Assembly (NCBI RefSeq): GCF_964355755.1
Contig: NC_092676.1
Location: forward strand, 26,492,871-26,556,870
Reading direction: 5' to 3'
DNA length: 64,000 bases
Source: Antedon mediterranea
Taxonomy: Eukaryota > Animalia > Echinodermata
Shown: positions 60,975 through 64,000 of the stretch, one piece after another
Layout: every line of letters starts with the position of its first letter
Numbering within the stretch: position 1 is the stretch's first letter
Translations under genes and position numbers: made by a program
The notes under the pieces: generated by a model
Databases searched by the model: none
The model's input: the letters and a program-made list of their open reading frames with translations, nothing else
Told to the model about the DNA's origin: nothing

Positions 60975-63960
60975 TATACTGTGTTTTACAATAACCAATT
61001 TGGTTAGCAATTTATCACTGTGTTTTACTATAACCAATTTGGTTAGAGTAAAACACAATGATATAGAATAGGCAACATTTAATAATATGATAAATGACAT
61101 TTACATAGCAATTTAGCACTGTGTTTTACTATAAACAATTTGGTTAAAGTAAAGCAGAATGATAAAGAATAGGAATTTAATAATATGATATATGACATTT
61201 ACATAGCAATTTAGCACTGTGTTTTACTATAACCAATTTGGTTAGAGTAAAACACAATGATAAAGAATAGGAAACATTTAATAATATGATATAGGACATT
61301 CACATAGCAATTTAGCACTGTGTTTTACTATAACCAATTTGGTTAGAGTAAAACACAATGATATAGAATAGGAAACATTTAATAATTTGATAAATGACAT
61401 TTACATAGCAATTTAGCACTGTGTTTTACTATAACCAATTTGGTTAGAGTAAAACACAATGATAAAGAATAGGAAACATTTAATAATAATGATTATTTAC
61501 ATAGCAATTTAGCACTGTGTTTTACTATAACCAATTTGGTTATAGTAAAACACAATGATATAGAATAGGAAACATTTAATAATATGATAAATGACATTTA
61601 CATAGCAATTTATCACTGTGTTTTACTATAACCAATTTGGTTATGGTAAAGCACAATGATATAGAATAGGAAACATTTAATAATATGATAAATGACATTT
61701 ACATAGCAATTTAGCACTGTGTTTTACTATAACCAATTTGGTTAAAGTAAAACATAATGATAAAGAATAGGAAACATTTAATAATTTGATAAATGACATT
61801 CACATAGCAATTTAGCACTGTGTTTTACTATAACCAATTTGGTTATGGTAAAGCACAATGATATAGAATAGGAAACATTTAATAATATGATAAATGACAT
61901 TTACATAGCAATTTATCACTGTGTTTTACTATATCCAATTTGGTTATGGTAAAGCACAATGATATAGAATAGGAAACATTTAATAATAATGATTATTTAC
62001 ATAGCAATTTAGCACCATGTTTTACTATAACCAATTTGGTTATGGTAAAGCACAATGATATAGAATAGGAAACATTTAATAATATGATAAATGTCATTAC
62101 ATAGCAATTTAGCACTGTGTTTTACAATAACCAATTTGGTTAGAGTAAAACACAATGACAAAGAATAGGAAACATTTAATAATAATGATTATTTACATAG
62201 CTAGCAATTTAGCACAATGTTTTACTATAACCAATTTGGTTATGGTAAAGCACAATGATATAGAATAGGAAACATTTAATAATATGATAAATGACATTTA
62301 CATAGCAATTTATCACTGTGTTTTACTATAACCAATTTGGCTATGGTAAAGCACAATGATATAGAATAGGAAACATTTAATAATATGATAAATGACATTT
62401 ACATAGCAATTTAGCACTGTGTTTTACTATAACCAATTTGGTTAAAGTAAAACATAATGATAAAGAATAGGAAACATTTAATAATTTGATAAATGACATT
62501 CACATAGCAATTTAGCACTGTGTTTTACTATAACCAATTTGGTTATAGTAAAGCACAATGATATAGAATAGGAAACATTTAATAATATGATAAATGTCAT
62601 TACATAGCAATTTAGCACTGTGTTTTACAATAACCAATTTGGTTAGAGTAAAACACAATGACAAAGAATAGGAAACATTTAATAATAATGATTATTTACA
62701 TAGCTAGCAATTTAGCACAATGTTTTACTATAACCAATTTGGTTATGGTAAAGCACAATGATATAGAATAGGAAACATTTAATAATATGATAAATGACAT
62801 TTACATAGCAATTTATCACTGTGTTTTACTATAACCAATTTGGCTATGGTAAAGCACAATGATATAGAATAGGAAACATTTAATAATATGATAAATGACA
62901 TTTACATAGCAATTTAGCACTGTGTTTTACTATAACCAATTTGGTTAAAGTAAAACATAATGATAAAGAATAGGAAACATTTAATAATTTGATAAATGAC
63001 ATTCACATAGCAATTTAGCACTGTGTTTTACTATAACCAATTTGGTTATAGTAAAGCACAATGATATAGAATAGGAAACATTTAATAATATGATAAATGA
63101 CATTTACATAGCAATTTATCACTGTGTTTTACTATATCCAATTTGGTTATGGTAAAGCACAATGATATAGAATAGGAAACATTTAATAATAATGATTATT
63201 TACATAGCAATTTAGCACCATGTTTTACTATAACCAATTTGGTTATGGTAAAGCACAATGATATAGAATAGGAAACATTTAATATTATGATAAATGTCAT
63301 TACATAGCAATTTAGCACTGTGTTTTACTATAACCAATTTGTTAATAATAATGATTATTTACATAGCTAGCAATTTAGCACAATGTTTTACTATAACCAA
63401 TTTGGTTATGGTAAAGCACAATGATATAGAATAGGAAACATTTAATAATATGATAAATGTCATTACATAGCAATTTAGCACTGTGTTTTACTATAACCAA
63501 TTTGGTTAGAGTAAAACACAATGATAAAGAATAGGAAACATTTAATAACATGATAAATGACATTCACATAGAAATTTAGCACTGTGTTTTACTATAACCA
63601 ATTTGATTAGAGTAAAGCACAATGATAAAGAATAGGAAACATTTAATAATATGATAAATGACATTTACATAGTAATTTATCACTGTGTTTTACTATAACC
63701 AATTTGGTTAGAGTAAAACATTTTAACTATGATAAATGATATTTAGCACTGTGCTGGATACAGTAAAACACAAATAAAGAATAGGAAACATATAATAATA
63801 TGATACATTTACATACAAATTTAGTATTGTGTTTTACTATAGCCAATTTGGTTACAGTAAAACACAATGATAATGAAACATTTATTATATGATATTATTT
63901 ACATAGCAAAATATTATATTAAACATATCTTATTATCTAAACGTTATGAAAAGAATAGGA
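60975..63960 (+). repeat. ~101-bp satellite array B (~29 units) with a near-perfect 21-bp-arm hairpin per unit
   Basis: Unit ttagcactgtgttttactataaccaatttggttakagtaaarcacaatgatawagaataggaaacatttaataatatgataaatgacatttacatagcaat. Confidence 0.97.
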
Positions 63961-64000
63961 TACATAGTAATAATATAATAAATACAAGTTACATAGTTTA

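Noticed and set aside
54190-63960. CRISPR-like array (palindromic repeats at regular spacing)
   Set aside because: The sequence between hairpins is also repeated, so there are no unique spacers. There are no cas genes and the context is eukaryotic.

Overview
AT-rich, intron-containing animal genomic DNA. The repeat content and the intronless TRIM-NHL genes look like a marine invertebrate, possibly an echinoderm; this is inference only. Gene models were built by hand from GT-AG sites and reading-frame continuity. (1) 6.2-24.4 kb: a cluster of three Act1/CIKS (TRAF3IP2)-like SEFIR adaptor genes with identical intron phases across the SEFIR domain. Two are head-to-head Death-domain+SEFIR genes; the third lacks the Death domain and carries TRAF6-type PxExxD motifs. 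(2) 25.6-31.9 kb: NOSIP and POLR1F/RPA43 arranged head-to-head. (3) 32-48 kb: a tandemly duplicated cassette in which a single-coding-exon RING-Bbox-CC-NHL TRIM gene lies antisense inside an intron of an API5 pseudogene. The second TRIM copy is truncated against nested LINEs. (4) 49-54 kb: DNA-transposon remnants. (5) 53.9-64 kb: two inverted arrays of a 106-bp hairpin satellite, bracketed by a 25-bp inverted palindromic motif and followed by a homologous 101-bp hairpin satellite with compensatory stem changes. A Penelope-type hammerhead remnant sits in the spacer.
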